In this document: piece by piece, positions 27,566-42,700 of the stretch
Layout of the letters: the number at the start of each line of letters is the position of its first letter
Numbering within the stretch: position 1 is the first letter of the stretch
Source: Eledone cirrhosa
Taxonomy: Eukaryota
Assembly: GCA_964016885.1 (NCBI GenBank)
Contig: OZ024743.1
Span: 280,860,001-280,924,000 of the forward strand
Direction of reading: 5' to 3'
DNA: 64,000 nucleotides
The notes under the pieces: generated by a model
Told to the model about the DNA's origin: nothing
What the model saw: only the letters and a program-made list of their open reading frames with translations
Database searches by the model: none
Position numbers and translations under genes: made by a program

Positions 27566-28103
27566 CTTTAAACAAAGAAATTAATGAATAACATTCCCTA
27601 TAATTTAAAAATATTTAAAATTCAATCTACTGCGCGGCAACATTTTGATGGGCATCGGAAATGTGAAGTTCTTAAATATCATAAGTAAAATGATAGGAAG
27701 TCTCAAGTGGGAATTGAAGCGGTGTTGCGGATTATACAGAGACAGCATCTTACCTATTGCTTTAAGTTGCTCTTCTCTAAACAAGAAGCATTGATTGTAT
27801 TGTTTAGCTAATTAAATGAAAATCTTATAAATTATTTATGAACATTAATGAACTATATACTTAAGATCAACAAAATTAATTCAAATGAAACGATAATACT
27901 TCGGAAATGGTATATTTTAATGAATAGTGCGAAGTCAATTACAATAACAATAACAGTAAAAATAAACTGAGATCAAAATTGTTACCAATTACCAATTATT
28001 GTATTGAGAGGGGGGATTAGGACAACGTTAGAGTGTCTTATTAAATAGCCAACAGCATTTAGTTAAGTCTAATTCTATCTCGTTTCGTGTGATTCATATA
28101 TAG

Positions 28104-28430
28104 TGGGCGCAGCATGGCCGATTGGTTAAGTAGTTCGATCATTAGAACCTGGGTTCGATCCGATTGGATGACATCTTGTGCTTGTGTCATTTATCATATC
28201 CTCGGGTCGACCAATGCTTTGTGGGTGAAACTAAATAGATGGAAACAATTTGGAAGCCCGTCGGATGGACTGTACGTATAATTCAAAAGAACAGCCTTGC
28301 GTTAGGCTGTATCTCCCTGATAATTACATTAAGGGTACGCATGCCTCTGGAATGCTCAGCCACGTTAATTACATGAGCAAACTGTTCGATTGGTCGAACA
28401 ACTGAAACACTCATCAACGAAACTGACAGA
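28104..28430 (+). mobile_element. tRNA-derived SINE
   Basis: A-box tggccgattgg and B-box GGTTCGATCC, followed by a body resembling ~23180-23335 (taattcaaa..cagccttg, ctgttc.attg..c.aa.aactgaaac). Confidence 0.6.
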
Positions 28431-29249
28431 CCTCTATTTTATTCTTATATTAGAATAAATAAGTGACCTTGTTCCAAGTAAAGTAGTTATACAGTTACAC
28501 CGTAAGAAAAAAATACCAGACTCTCTACCGAAGTAGCACCATTTCAAACTAATTCGAATTAGCTTACATTTTTCCACTGTACGAGTGGGATGACTTATCT
28601 AGGCTTAAATTTAGTGCTACTTCTACACAGGATCAGTTCTAACATTAGGCCAACTAGGCACCCACTTAGAACGCATGTTGTGGAGGGGTTCCTCACTGAT
28701 CCTTAAAGGATCATTAACTATATAATTTTCAGTGATCAATAGAATGATTATTAAACTGCTTGGCCGCATAGCAGCCATGTGGAAATATCCAAAGCGAAGG
28801 GGTGAGTCGTATGGAGTTATGGCCTATAACATAATTTGGCATGGGTGTGTATGCCCTGTGTGGTAGGAAAGGTTAGGCCTGCTAATTTTGTTAGGGAGGT
28901 CAGAGCAAGAAGTGTCAAAAACTAAGTTTGTCAGTTTGCCAAACTGTTAGTTGAAATTATTTCATTTGGGAAAGTGGGATACATTGTATGGATAGCTCAA
29001 TGTGTTAAATACCCATATGGTGGTTGTGGTGGGTATTAAGTGATTGATATTAATTATGTTGGTGATGATGGTGATGTCCACAATGTTGATGATGGTGGTG
29101 ATACTGGTGATGTTGGTGATGATGGTGTTGGTTATGATGGTAATATTTGTGACGTTGATGATGATAGAGGTCACGGTGATGATGGTGGTGATGTGGGTGA
29201 CAATGGTGATGGTGTTGACGATGACCATGATACTGATGTTGAGGTAAAC

Positions 29250-29465
29250 GGGTAAAGACCCTTTTCGGTCGCCATTGACTATGGGATTTGCACATAGAAA
29301 GTTCCCCTGCGAATCACAAGTCCAGGCAAGTTGTTTTTGTGGAAAACCAGCAGTCGTTGATGCATACCAGCCTCCCCTTCTCCACACCACTGATGTTATC
29401 CAAGGGAAAGGCAAAGACCGATACAGCTTGGCACCAGTGACGTCGCAACTCAGTTTTAGAGCTGA
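29250..29465 (-). mobile_element. Interspersed repeat fragment, probably the body of a cephalopod SINE
   Basis: A complex-sequence island in the GAT tract (gcataccagcctcccc...gttatccaagggaaaggcaaag...cagcttggcaccagtgacgtcgcaactc). The assignment rests on recalled similarity only. Confidence 0.45.
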
Positions 29466-29676
29466 TGTTGAGGTAATGATAAAGTAATGGGGATTATAAT
29501 GTCACAGGTAATGGAAATGTTGATGGTAATGGTGATAAGGGTGACGTAGGTAATGATGTTAATGTGAGTGATGATAGTGATGTTAGTGGTGATGATGATG
29601 ATGATGGTGGTGGTGGTATTGGTGGTGGTAGTTGTGGTGGTGATGATGATGATGGTGATAAGGGTGACGTTGGTAA

Positions 29677-29860
29677 TAATTGTTTCTACGTTAGGCACAA
29701 AGCCAGCAATTACCCAGTGCATTACTGGTACTTTATTTTATCGACCCCGTAAGGATGAAAGGCAAAGTTAACCTCGGCGGGATTTGAACTCAGAATGGCA
29801 AGGGCCGTAACTCTATACGTCAAAGCATGGCGTCCGACTCTCTACCAATTCTGCCAATCC
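29677..29860 (-). mobile_element. tRNA-derived SINE, best-preserved copy
   Basis: The reverse complement has A-box TGGCAGAATTGG and B-box GAGTTCAAATCC, then cctttcatccttacggggtcgataaaataaagtaccagt. Confidence 0.75.
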
Positions 29861-30767
29861 GGTAATAATGTTAGTTTGAGTGATGATAGCGATGATAGTG
29901 ATGATGATGATGGTGGTGGTGGTGGTGGTGGTGGTGGTGGTGGTGGTGGTGGTGGTATTGGTGGTGGTATTGGTGTTGGTATTGGTGGTGATGATGATGA
30001 TGGTGATAAGGCTGACATTGGTAATGATGTTAGTTTGAGTGGTGATAGCGATGTTAGTGATGATGATAATGATGATGACGATGATGATGATGCTGCTGGT
30101 GGTGGTGGTGGTGGTGATGGTGGAGGTGATCATGATGATGACGGTGAGGATGATGATGATGTTCGTAATGCTAGTGATGATAGTGATGTTGATGATGATG
30201 GTGATGAGTCTGATGATGGTGACGGTGGTGATGGTGGTGCTACGTCGATTGTGGCCGACTGGAATTGTTTCAATGGATTGCTTGAGTAAACATTTCCAAA
30301 CAGATGTCAATGGTGATAATGGTATGGACATATCCGTGTGGTGGTGGTGGTGGTTGTGGTTGAGGTGGTGGTGGTGGTGGTGGTGGTGGTGGTGGTGGTG
30401 TTGCGGTGGTGGTGGTCGTGGTGGTGATGGTCGTCGTCGTGATGGTGATGGTGATGTGGCGGTGGTGGTGGTTGTCTACGTCGTGGTGGTGGTGATGGTT
30501 GTGGTGGTGGTCGTCGTCGTTTTGGTGGTGGTGGTGGTGGTGGTGGTGGACGTGGTTGTTGGGGTGGTGGTGGTGATTGTGGTGGTTGGTGATGGTAGTT
30601 GTGGTGGTGGTGGTGGTGGTGGTGGTGGTGGTGGTGGCGGTCGGCGTTGTCGTTGTTGTGGTGGTGGAGGTGGTCGTCGTCATTATGGTGGTGGTGGTGG
30701 TGGTAGTAATGGTGCTAGTTCTGGTCTGTTGCTGGTATTTACTTAACACAACATTGTACTGTACAGC

Positions 30768-33700
30768 ATTACTGTGTAGTCTAAAATATACCGTACAGTA
30801 ACACTGTTTAGTCTACACAATGCCGTGCTGTATATTACTGTGTAGTCTAAAATATACCGTACAGTAACACTGTTTAGTCTACACTATGCCGTGCTGTATA
30901 TTACTGTGTACTCTAAAATATACCGTACAGTAACACTGTTTAGTCTACACAATGCCGTGCTGTATATTACTGTGTAGTCTAAAATATACCGTACAGTAAC
31001 ACTGTTTAGTCTACACTATGCCGTGCTGTATATTACTGTGTACTATAAAATATACCGTAAAGTAACACTGTTTAGAGTACACTATGCCGTGCTGTATATT
31101 ACTGTGTACTCTAAAATATATCGTACAGTAACACTGTTTAGTCTACACTATGCCCTACTGTATATTACTGTGTACTCTAAAATATACCGTACAGTAACAC
31201 TGTTTAGTCTACATTATGCAGTGCTGTATATTACTGTGTACTCTAAAATATACCGTACAGTAACACTGTTTAGTCTACACTATGCGGTGCTGTATATTAC
31301 TGTGTACTCTAAAATATACCGTACAGTAACACTGTTTAGTCTACACTATGTTGTGCTGTATATTACTGTGTATTCTAAAATATACCGTACAGTAACACTG
31401 TTTAGTCTACACTATGCTGTGCTGTATATTACTGTGTACTCTAAAATATACCGTACAGTAACACTGTTTAGTCTATACTATGCCGTGCTGTATATTACTG
31501 TGTACTCTAAAATATAACGTACAGAAACACTGTTTAGTCTACACTATGCCATGCTGTATATTACTGTGTACTCTAAAATACACCGTACAGTTACACCGTA
31601 CAGTTACACTGTTTAGTTTATACTATGCCGTGCTGTATATTACTGTGTACTCTAAAATATACCGTACAGTAACACTGTTTAGTCTATACAATGCCGTGCT
31701 GTATATTACTGTGTACTATAAAATATACCGTACAGTAACACTGTTTAGTCTACACTATGCGGTGCTGTATATTACTGTGTACTCTAAAATATACCGTACA
31801 GTAACACTGTTTAGTCTACACTATGTTGTGCTGTATATTACTGTGTATTCTATGCAGTGCTGTATATTACTGTGTACTCTAAAATATACCGTACAGTAAC
31901 ACTGTTTAGTCTACACTATGCGGTGCTGTATATTACTGTGTACTCTAAAATATACCGTACAGTAACACTGTTTAGTCTACACTATGTTGTGCTGTATATT
32001 ACTGTGTATTCTAAAATATACCGTACAGTAACACTGTTTAGTCTACACTATGCTGTGCTGTATATTACTGTGTACTCTAAAATATACCGTACAGTAACAC
32101 TGTTTAGTCTACACTATGCCATGCTGTATATTACTGTGTACTCTAAAATACACCGTACAGTTACACCGTACAGTTACACTGTTTAGTTTATACTATGCCG
32201 TGCTGTATATTACTGTGTACTCTAAAATATACCGTACAGTAACACTGTTTAGTCTATACAATGCCGTGCTGTATATTACTGTGTACTATAAAATATACCG
32301 TACAGTAACACTGTCTAGTCTACACAATGCCGTGCTGTATATTACTGTGTAGTCTAAAATATACCGTACAGTAACACTGTTTAGTATACACTATGCCGTG
32401 CTGTATATTACTGTGTACTCTAAAATATACCGTACGGTAACACTGTTTAGTCTACACTATGCTGTGCTGTATATTACTGTGTACTCTAAAATATACCGTA
32501 CAGTAACACTGTTCAGTCTATACTATGCCGTGCTGTATATTACTGTGTACTCTAAAATATACCATACAGTAACACTGTTTAGTCTATACTATGCCGTGCT
32601 GTATAATACTGTGTACTCTAAAATATACCGTACAGTAACACTGTTTAGTCTATACTATGCCGTGCTGTATATTACTGTGTACTCTAAAATATACCGTACA
32701 GTAACACTGTTTAGTCTACACTATACTGTGCTGTATATTACTGTGTACTCTAAAATATACAGTGCAATAACACTGTTTAGTCTATACTATGCCGTGCCGT
32801 ATATTACAGTGTACTCTAAAATATACCGTACAGTAACACTGTTTAGTCTACACTATGCCGTGCTGTATATTACTGTGTACTCTAAAATATACCGTACATT
32901 AACACTGTTTAGTTTACACTATGCTGTGCTGTATGTTACTGTGTACTCTAAAATATTCCGTACAGTAACACTGTTCAGTCTATACTATGCCGTGCTGTAT
33001 ATTACTGTGTACTCTAAAATATACCGTACAGTAACACTGTTTAGTCTACACTATGCTGTGCTGAATATTACTTTGTACTCTAAAATCTACCGTACAGTAA
33101 CACTGTTTAGTCTACACTATGCCGTGCTGTATATTACTGTGTACTCTAAAATATACCGTACAGTAACATTGTTTAGTCTACACTATGCCGTGCTGTATAT
33201 TATTGTGTACTCTAAAATATACCGTACAGTAACACTGTTTAGTCTACACTATGCCGTGCTGTATATTACTGTGTACTCTAAAATATACCGTACAGTAACA
33301 CTGTTTAGTCTATACTATGCCGTGCTGTATATTACTGTGTACTCTAAAATATACAGTACAGTAACACGGTTTAGTCTACACTATACTGTGCTGTATATTA
33401 CTGTGTACTCTAAAATATATCGTACATTAACACCGTTTAGTCTATACTATGCCGTGCTGTATATTACTCTGTACTCTAAAATATACCGTACATTAACACT
33501 GTTTAGTTTACACTATGCTGTGCTGTATATTACCGTGTACTCTAAAATATTCCGTACAGTAACACTGTTCAGTCTATACTATGCCGTGCTGTATATTACA
33601 ATGTGTACTCTAAAATATACCGTACAGTAACACTGTTTAGTCTACACTATGCCCTACTGTATATTACTGTGTACTCTAAAATATACCGTACAGTAACACT

Positions 33701-36700
33701 GTTTAGTCTATACTATGCCGTGCTGTATATTACTGTGTACTCTAAAATATACCGTACAGTAACACGGTTTAGTCTACACTATACTGTGCTGTATATTACT
33801 GTGTACTCTAAAATATATCGTACATTAACACCGTTTAGTCTATACTATGCCGTGCTGTATATTACTCTGTACTCTAAAATATACCGTACAGTAACACTGT
33901 TTAGTCTACACTATGCCGTGCTGTATATTACTGCGTACTCTAAAATATACCGTACAGTAACACTGTTTAGTCTATACTATGCCGTGCTGTATATAACTGT
34001 GTACTCTAAAATATACCGTAAAGTAACACTGTTTAGTCTACACTATGCCGTGCTGTATATTACTGTGAACTCTAAAATACACCGTATAGTTACACCGTAC
34101 ATTTACACTGTTTAGTCTACACTATGCCGTGCTGTATATTACTGTGTACTCTAAAATATACCGTACAGTAACACTGTTTAGTCTATACAATGCCGTGCTG
34201 TATATTACTGTGTACTATAAAATATACCGTACAGTAACACTGTCTAGTCTACACAATGCCGTGCTGTATATTACTGTGTAGTCTAAAATATACCGTACAG
34301 TAACACTGTTTAGTATACACTATGCCGTGCTGTATATTACTGTGTACTCTAAAATATATCGTACATTAACACCGTTTAGTCTATACTATGCCGTGCTGTA
34401 TATTACTCTGTACTCTAAAATATACCGTACAGTAACACTGTTTAGTCTACACTATGTTGTGCTGTATATTACTGTGTATTCTAAAATATACCGTACAGTA
34501 ACACTGTTTAGTCTACACTATGCTGTGCTGTATATTACTGTGTACTCTAAAATATACCGTACAGTAACACTGTTTAGTCTACACTATGCCATGCTGTATA
34601 TTACTGTGTACTCTAAAATACACCGTACAGTTACACCGTACAGTTACACTGTTTAGTTTATACTATGCCGTGCTGTATATTACTGTGTACTCTAAAATAT
34701 ACCGTACAGTAACACTGTTTAGTCTATACAATGCCGTGCTGTATATTACTGTGTACTATAAAATATACCGTACAGTAACACTGTCTAGTCTACACAATGC
34801 CGTGCTGTATATTACTGTGTAGTCTAAAATATACCGTACAGTAACACTGTTTAGTATACACTATGCCGTGCTGTATATTACTGTGTACTCTAAAATATAC
34901 CGTACGGTAACACTGTTTAGTCTACACTATGCTGTGCTGTATATTACTGTGTACTCTAAAATATACCGTACAGTAACACTGTTCAGTCTATACTATGCCG
35001 TGCTGTATATTACTGTGTACTCTAAAATATACCATACAGTAACACTGTTTAGTCTATACTATGCCGTGCTGTATAATACTGTGTACTCTAAAATATACCG
35101 TACAGTAACACTGTTTAGTCTATACTATGCCGTGCTGTATATTACTGTGTACTCTAAAATATACCGTACAGTAACACTGTTTAGTCTACACTATACTGTG
35201 CTGTATATTACTGTGTACTCTAAAATATACTGTGCAATAACACTGTTTAGTCTATACTATGCCGTGCCGTATATTACTGTGTACTCTAAAATATACCGTA
35301 CAGTAACACTGTTTAGTCTACACTATGCCGTGCTGTATATTACTGTGTACTCTAAAATATACCGTACATTAACAGTGTTTAGTTTACACTATGCTGTGCT
35401 GTATGTTACTGTGTACTCTAAAATATTCCGTACAGTAACACTGTTCAGTCTATACTATGCCGTGCTGTATATTACTGTGTACTCTAAAATATACCGTACA
35501 GTAACACTGTTTAGTCTACACTATGCTGTGCTGAATATTACTTTGTACTCTAAAATATACCGTACAGTAACACTGTTTAGTCTACACTATGCCGTGCTGT
35601 ATATTACTGTGTACTCTAAAATATACCGTACAGTAACATTGTTTAGTCTACACTATGCCGTGCTGTATATTATTGTGTACTCTAAAATATACCGTACAGT
35701 AACACTGTTTAGTCTACACTATGCCGTGCTGTATATTACTGTGTACTCTAAAATATACCGTACAGTAACACTGTTTAGTCTATACTATGCCGTACTGTAT
35801 ATTACTGTGTACTCTAAAATATTCCGTACAGTAACACGGTTTAGTCTACACTATACTGTGCTGTATATTACTGTGTACTCTAAAATATATCGTACATTAA
35901 CACCGTTTAGTCTATACTATGCCGTGCTGTATATTACTCTGTACTCTAAAATATACCGTACAGTAACACTGTTTAGTCTACACTATGCCGTGCTGTATAT
36001 TACTGCGTACTCTAAAATATACCGTACAGTAACACTGTTTAGTCTATACTATGCCGTGCTGTATATAACTGTGTACTCTAAAATATGCCGTAAAGTAACA
36101 CTGTTTAGTCTACACTATGCCGTGCTGTATATTACTGTGAACTCTAAAATACACCGTATAGTTACACCGTACATTTACACTGTTTAGTCTACACTATGCC
36201 GTGCTGTATATTACTGTGAACTCTAAAATATACCGTACAGTAAGACTGTTTAGTCTACACTATGCCGTGCTGTATATTACTGTGTACACTAAAATATACC
36301 GTACATTAACACTGTTTAGTTTACACTATGCTGTGCTGTATATTACCGTGTACTCTAAAATATTCCGTACAGTAACACTGTTCAGTCTATACTATGCCGT
36401 GCTGTATATTACAATGTGTACTCTAAAATATACCGTACAGTAACACTGTTTAGTCTACACTATGCCCTACTGTATATTACTGTGTACTCTAAAATATACC
36501 GTACAGTAACACTGTTTAGTCTATACTATGCCGTGCTGTATATTACTGTGTACTCTAAAATATACCGTACAGTAACACGGTTTAGTCTACACTATACTGT
36601 GCTGTATATTACTGTGTACTCTAAAATATACCATACAGTAACACTGTTTAGTCTATACTATGCCGTGCTGTATAATACTGTGTACTCTAAAATATACCGT

Positions 36701-39700
36701 ACAGTAACACTGTCTAGTCTACACAATGCCGTGCTGTATATTACTGTGTAGTCTAAAATATACCGTACAGTAACACTGTTTAGTATACACTATGCCGTGC
36801 TGTATATTACTGTGTACTCTAAAATATACCGTACGGTAACACTGTTTAGTCTACACTATGCTGTGCTGTATATTACTGTGTACTCTAAAATATACCGTAC
36901 AGTAACACTGTTCAGTCTATACTATGCCGTGCTGTATATTACTGTGTACTCTAAAATATACCATACAGTAACACTGTTTAGTCTATACTATGCCGTGCTG
37001 TATAATACTGTGTACTCTAAAATATACCGTACAGTAACACTGTTTAGTCTATACTATGCCGTGCTGTATATTACTGTGTACTCTAAAATATACCGTACAG
37101 TAACACTGTTTAGTCTACACTATACTGTGCTGTATATTACTGTGTACTCTAAAATATACTGTGCAATAACACTGTTTAGTCTATACTATGCCGTGCCGTA
37201 TATTACTGTGTACTCTAAAATATACCGTACAGTAACACTGTTTAGTCTACACTATGCCGTGCTGTATATTACTGTGTACTCTAAAATATACCGTACATTA
37301 ACACTGTTTAGTTTACACTATGCTGTGCTGTATGTTACTGTGTACTCTAAAATATTCCGTACAGTAACACTGTTCAGTCTATACTATGCCGTGCTGTATA
37401 TTACTGTGTACTCTAAAATATACCGTACAGTAACACTGTTTAGTCTACACTATGCTGTGCTGAATATTACTTTGTACTCTAAAATATGCCGTACAGTAAC
37501 ACTGTTTAGTCTACACTATGCCGTGCTGTATATTACTGTGTACTCTAAAATATACCGTACAGTAACATTGTTTAGTCTACACTATGCCGTGCTGTATATT
37601 ATTGTGTACTCTAAAATATACCGTACAGTAACACTGTTTAGTCTACACAATGCCGTGCTGTATATTACTGTGTACTCTAAAATATACCGTACAGTAACAC
37701 TGTTTAGTCTATACTATGCCGTACTGTATATTACTGTGTACTCTAAAATATACCGTACAGTAACACGGTTTAGTCTACACTATACTGTGCTGTATATTAC
37801 TGTGTACTCTAAAATATATCGTACATTAACACCGTTTAGTCTATACTATGCCGTGCTGTATATTACTCTGTACTCTAAAATATACCGTACAGTAACACTG
37901 TTTAGTCTACACTATGCCGTGCTGTATATTACTGCGTACTCTAAAATATACCGTACAGTAACACTGTTTAGTCTATACTATGCCGTGCTGTATATAACTG
38001 TGTACTCTAAAATATGCCGTAAAGTAACACTGTTTAGTCTACACTATGCCGTGCTGTATATTACTGTGAACTCTAAAATACACCGTATAGTTACACCGTA
38101 CATTTACACTGTTTAGTCTACACTATGCCGTGCTGTATATTACTGTGAACTCTAAAATATACCGTACAGTAACACTGTTTAGTCTACACTATGCCGTGCT
38201 GTATATTACTGTGTACACTAAAATATACCGTACATTAACACTGTTTAGTTTACACTATGCTGTGCTGTATATTACCGTGTACTCTAAAATATTCCGTACA
38301 GTAACACTGTTCAGTCTATACTATGCCGTGCTGTATATTACAATGTGTACTCTAAAATATACCGTACAGTAACACTGTTTAGTCTACACTATGCCCTACT
38401 GTATATTACTGTGTACTCTAAAATATACCGTACAGTAACACTGTTTAGTCTATACTATGCCGTGCTGTATATTACTGTGTACTCTAAAATATACCGTAAA
38501 GTAACACTGTTTAGTCTACACTATGCCGTGCTGTATATTACTGTGAACTCTAAAATACACCGTATAGTTACACCGTACATTTACACTGTTTAGTCTACAC
38601 TATGCCGTGCTGTATATTACTGTGAACTCTAAAATATACCGTACAGTAACACTGTTTAGTCTACACTATGCCGTGCTGTATATTACTGTGTACACTAAAA
38701 TATACCGTACATTAACACTGTTTAGTTTACACTATGCTGTGCTGTATATTACCGTGTACTCTAAAATATTCCGTACAGTAACACTGTTCAGTCTATACTA
38801 TGCCGTGCTGTATATTACAATGTGTACTCTAAAATATACCGTACAGTAACACTGTTTAGTCTACACTATGCCCTACTGTATATTACTGTGTACTCTAAAA
38901 TATACCGTACAGTAACACCGTACAGTTACACTGTTTAGTTTATACTATGCCGTGCTGTATATTACTGTGTACTCTAAAATATACCGTACAGTAACACTGT
39001 TTAGTCTATACAATGCCGTGCTGTATATTACTGTGTACTATAAAATATACCGTACAGTAACACTGTCTAGTCTACACAATGCCGTGCTGTATATTACTGT
39101 GTACTCTAAAATATACCGTACATTAACACTGTTTAGTTTACACTATGCTGTGCTGTATGTTACTGTGTACTCTAAAATATTCCGTACAGTAACACTGTTC
39201 AGTCTATACTATGCCGTGCTGTATATTACTGTGTACTCTAAAATATACCGTACAGTAACACTGTTTAGTCTACACTATGCTGTGCTGAATATTACTTTGT
39301 ACTCTAAAATATACCGTACAGTAACACTGTTTAGTCTACACTATGCCGTGCTGTATATTACTGTGTACTCTAAAATATACCGTACAGTAACATTGTTTAG
39401 TCTACACTATGCCGTGCTGTATATTATTGTGTACTCTAAAATATACCGTACAGTAACACTGTTTAGTCTACACTATGCCGTGCTGTATATTACTGTGTAC
39501 TCTAAAATATACCGTACAGTAACACTGTTTAGTCTATACTATGCCGTGCTGTATATTACTGTGTACTCTAAAATATACAGTACAGTAACACGGTTTAGTC
39601 TACACTATACTGTGCTGTATATTACTGTGTACTCTAAAATATATCGTACATTAACACCGTTTAGTCTATACTATGCCGTGCTGTATATTACTCTGTACTC

Positions 39701-42700
39701 TAAAATATACCGTACAGTAACACTGTTTAGTCTACACTATGCCGTGCTGTATATTACTGCGTACTCTAAAATATACCGTACAGTAACACTGTTTAGTCTA
39801 TACTATGCCGTGCTGTATATAACTGTGTACTCTAAAATATGCCGTAAAGTAACACTGTTTAGTCTACACTATGCCGTGCTGTATATTACTGTGAACTCTA
39901 AAATACACCGTATAGTTACACCGTACATTTACACTGTTTAGTCTACACTATGCCGTGCTGTATATTACTGTGAACTCTAAAATATACCGTACAGTAACAC
40001 TGTTTAGTCTACACTATGCCCTACTGTATATTACTGTGTACTCTAAAATATACCGTACAGTAACACTGTTTAGTCTATACTATGCCGTGCTGTATATTAC
40101 TGTGTACTCTAAAATATACCGTACAGTAACACGGTTTAGTCTACACTATACTGTGCTGTATATTACTGTGTACTCTAAAATATATCGTACATTAACACCG
40201 TTTAGTCTATACTATGCCGTGCTGTATATTACTCTGTACTCTAAAATATACCGTACAGTAACACTGTTTAGTCTACACTATGCCGTGCTGTATATTACTG
40301 CGTACTCTAAAATATACCGTACAGTAACACTGTTTAGTCTATACTATGCCGTGCTGTATATAACTGTGTACTCTAAAATATACCGTAAAGTAACACTGTT
40401 TAGTCTACACTATGCCGTGCTGTATATTACTGTGAACTCTAAAATACACCGTATAGTTACACCGTACATTTACACTGTTTAGTCTACACTATGCCGTGCT
40501 GTATATTACTGTGTACTCTAAAATATACCGTACAGTAACACTGTTTAGTCTATACAATGCCGTGCTGTATATTACTGTGTACTATAAAATATACCGTACA
40601 GTAACACTGTCTAGTCTACACAATGCCGTGCTGTATATTACTGTGTAGTCTAAAATATACCGTACAGTAACACTGTTTAGTATACACTATGCCGTGCTGT
40701 ATATTACTGTGTACTCTAAAATATATCGTACATTAACACCGTTTAGTCTATACTATGCCGTGCTGTATATTACTCTGTACTCTAAAATATACCGTACAGT
40801 AACACTGTTTAGTCTACACTATGTTGTGCTGTATATTACTGTGTATTCTAAAATATACCGTACAGTAACACTGTTTAGTCTACACTATGCTGTGCTGTAT
40901 ATTACTGTGTACTCTAAAATATACCGTACAGTAACACTGTTTAGTCTACACTATGCCATGCTGTATATTACTGTGTACTCTAAAATACACCGTACAGTTA
41001 CACCGTACAGTTACACTGTTTAGTTTATACTATGCCGTGCTGTATATTACTGTGTACTCTAAAATATACCGTACAGTAACACTGTTTAGTCTATACAATG
41101 CCGTGCTGTATATTACTGTGTACTATAAAATATACCGTACAGTAACACTGTCTAGTCTACACAATGCCGTGCTGTATATTACTGTGTAGTCTAAAATATA
41201 CCGTACAGTAACACTGTTTAGTATACACTATGCCGTGCTGTATATTACTGTGTACTCTAAAATATACCGTACGGTAACACTGTTTAGTCTACACTATGCT
41301 GTGCTGTATATTACTGTGTACTCTAAAATATACCGTACAGTAACACTGTTCAGTCTATACTATGCCGTGCTGTATATTACTGTGTACTCTAAAATATACC
41401 ATACAGTAACACTGTTTAGACTATACTATGCCGTGCTGTATAATACTGTGTACTCTAAAATATACCGTACAGTAACACTGTTTAGTCTATACTATGCCGT
41501 GCTGTATATTACTGTGTACCCTAAAATATACCGTACAGTAACACTGTTTAGTCTACACTATACTGTGCTGTATATTACTGTGTACTCTAAAATATACTGT
41601 GCAATAACACTGTTTAGTCTATACTATGCCGTGCCGTATATTACTGTGTACTCTAAAATATACCGTACAGTAACACTGTTTAGTCTACACTATGCCGTGC
41701 TGTATATTACTGTGTACTCTAAAATATACCGTACATTAACACTGTTTAGTTTACACTATGCTGTGCTGTATGTTACTGTGTACTCTAAAATATTCCGTAC
41801 AGTAACACTGTTCAGTCTATACTATGCCGTGCTGTATATTACTGTGTACTCTAAAATATACCGTACAGTAACACTGTTTAGTCTACACTATGCTGTGCTG
41901 AATATTACTCTTGTACTCTAAAATATACCGTACAGTAACACTGTTTAGTCTACACTATGCCGTGCTGTATATTACTGTGTACTCTAAAATATACCGTACA
42001 GTAACATTGTTTAGTCTACACTATGCCGTGCTGTATATTATTGTGTACTCTAAAATATACCGTACAGTAACACTGTTTAGTCTACACTATGCCGTGCTGT
42101 ATATTACTGTGTACTCTAAAATATACCGTACAGTAACACTGTTTAGTCTATACTATGCCGTACTGTATATTACTGTGTACTCTAAAATATTCCGTACAGT
42201 AACACGGTTTAGTCTACACTATACTGTGCTGTATATTACTGTGTACTCTAAAATATATCGTACATTAACACCGTTTAGTCTATACTATGCCGTGCTGTAT
42301 ATTACTCTGTACTCTAAAATATACCGTACAGTAACACTGTTTAGTCTACACTATGCCGTGCTGTATATTACTGCGTACTCTAAAATATACCGTACAGTAA
42401 CACTGTTTAGTCTATACTATGCCGTGCTGTATATAACTGTGTACTCTAAAATATGCCGTAAAGTAACACTGTTTAGTCTACACTATGCCGTGCTGTATAT
42501 TACTGTGAACTCTAAAATACACCGTATAGTTACACCGTACATTTACACTGTTTAGTCTACACTATGCCGTGCTGTATATTACTGTGAACTCTAAAATATA
42601 CCGTACAGTAAGACTGTTTAGTCTACACTATGCCGTGCTGTATATTACTGTGTACACTAAAATATACCGTACATTAACACTGTTTAGTTTACACTATGCT

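Larger units (their letters stand above)
29040..30720 (+). repeat. (GAT)n/(GGT)n-rich low-complexity field interleaved with SINEs
   Basis: Directly visible. The ORFs here are poly-V/G/D/M/T/H artefacts. Confidence 0.9.

Noticed and set aside
28104-28175. Functional tRNA gene
   Set aside because: A and B boxes are present but no cloverleaf can be formed, and the sequence continues into a SINE body.
36150-36420. +13 and +2 indels summing to 15 as frame-compensating selection
   Set aside because: The shifted frame hits TAG right after the +13 variant (…PYIYTV*), so the frame is not rescued. Their linkage is explained by HOR co-duplication.
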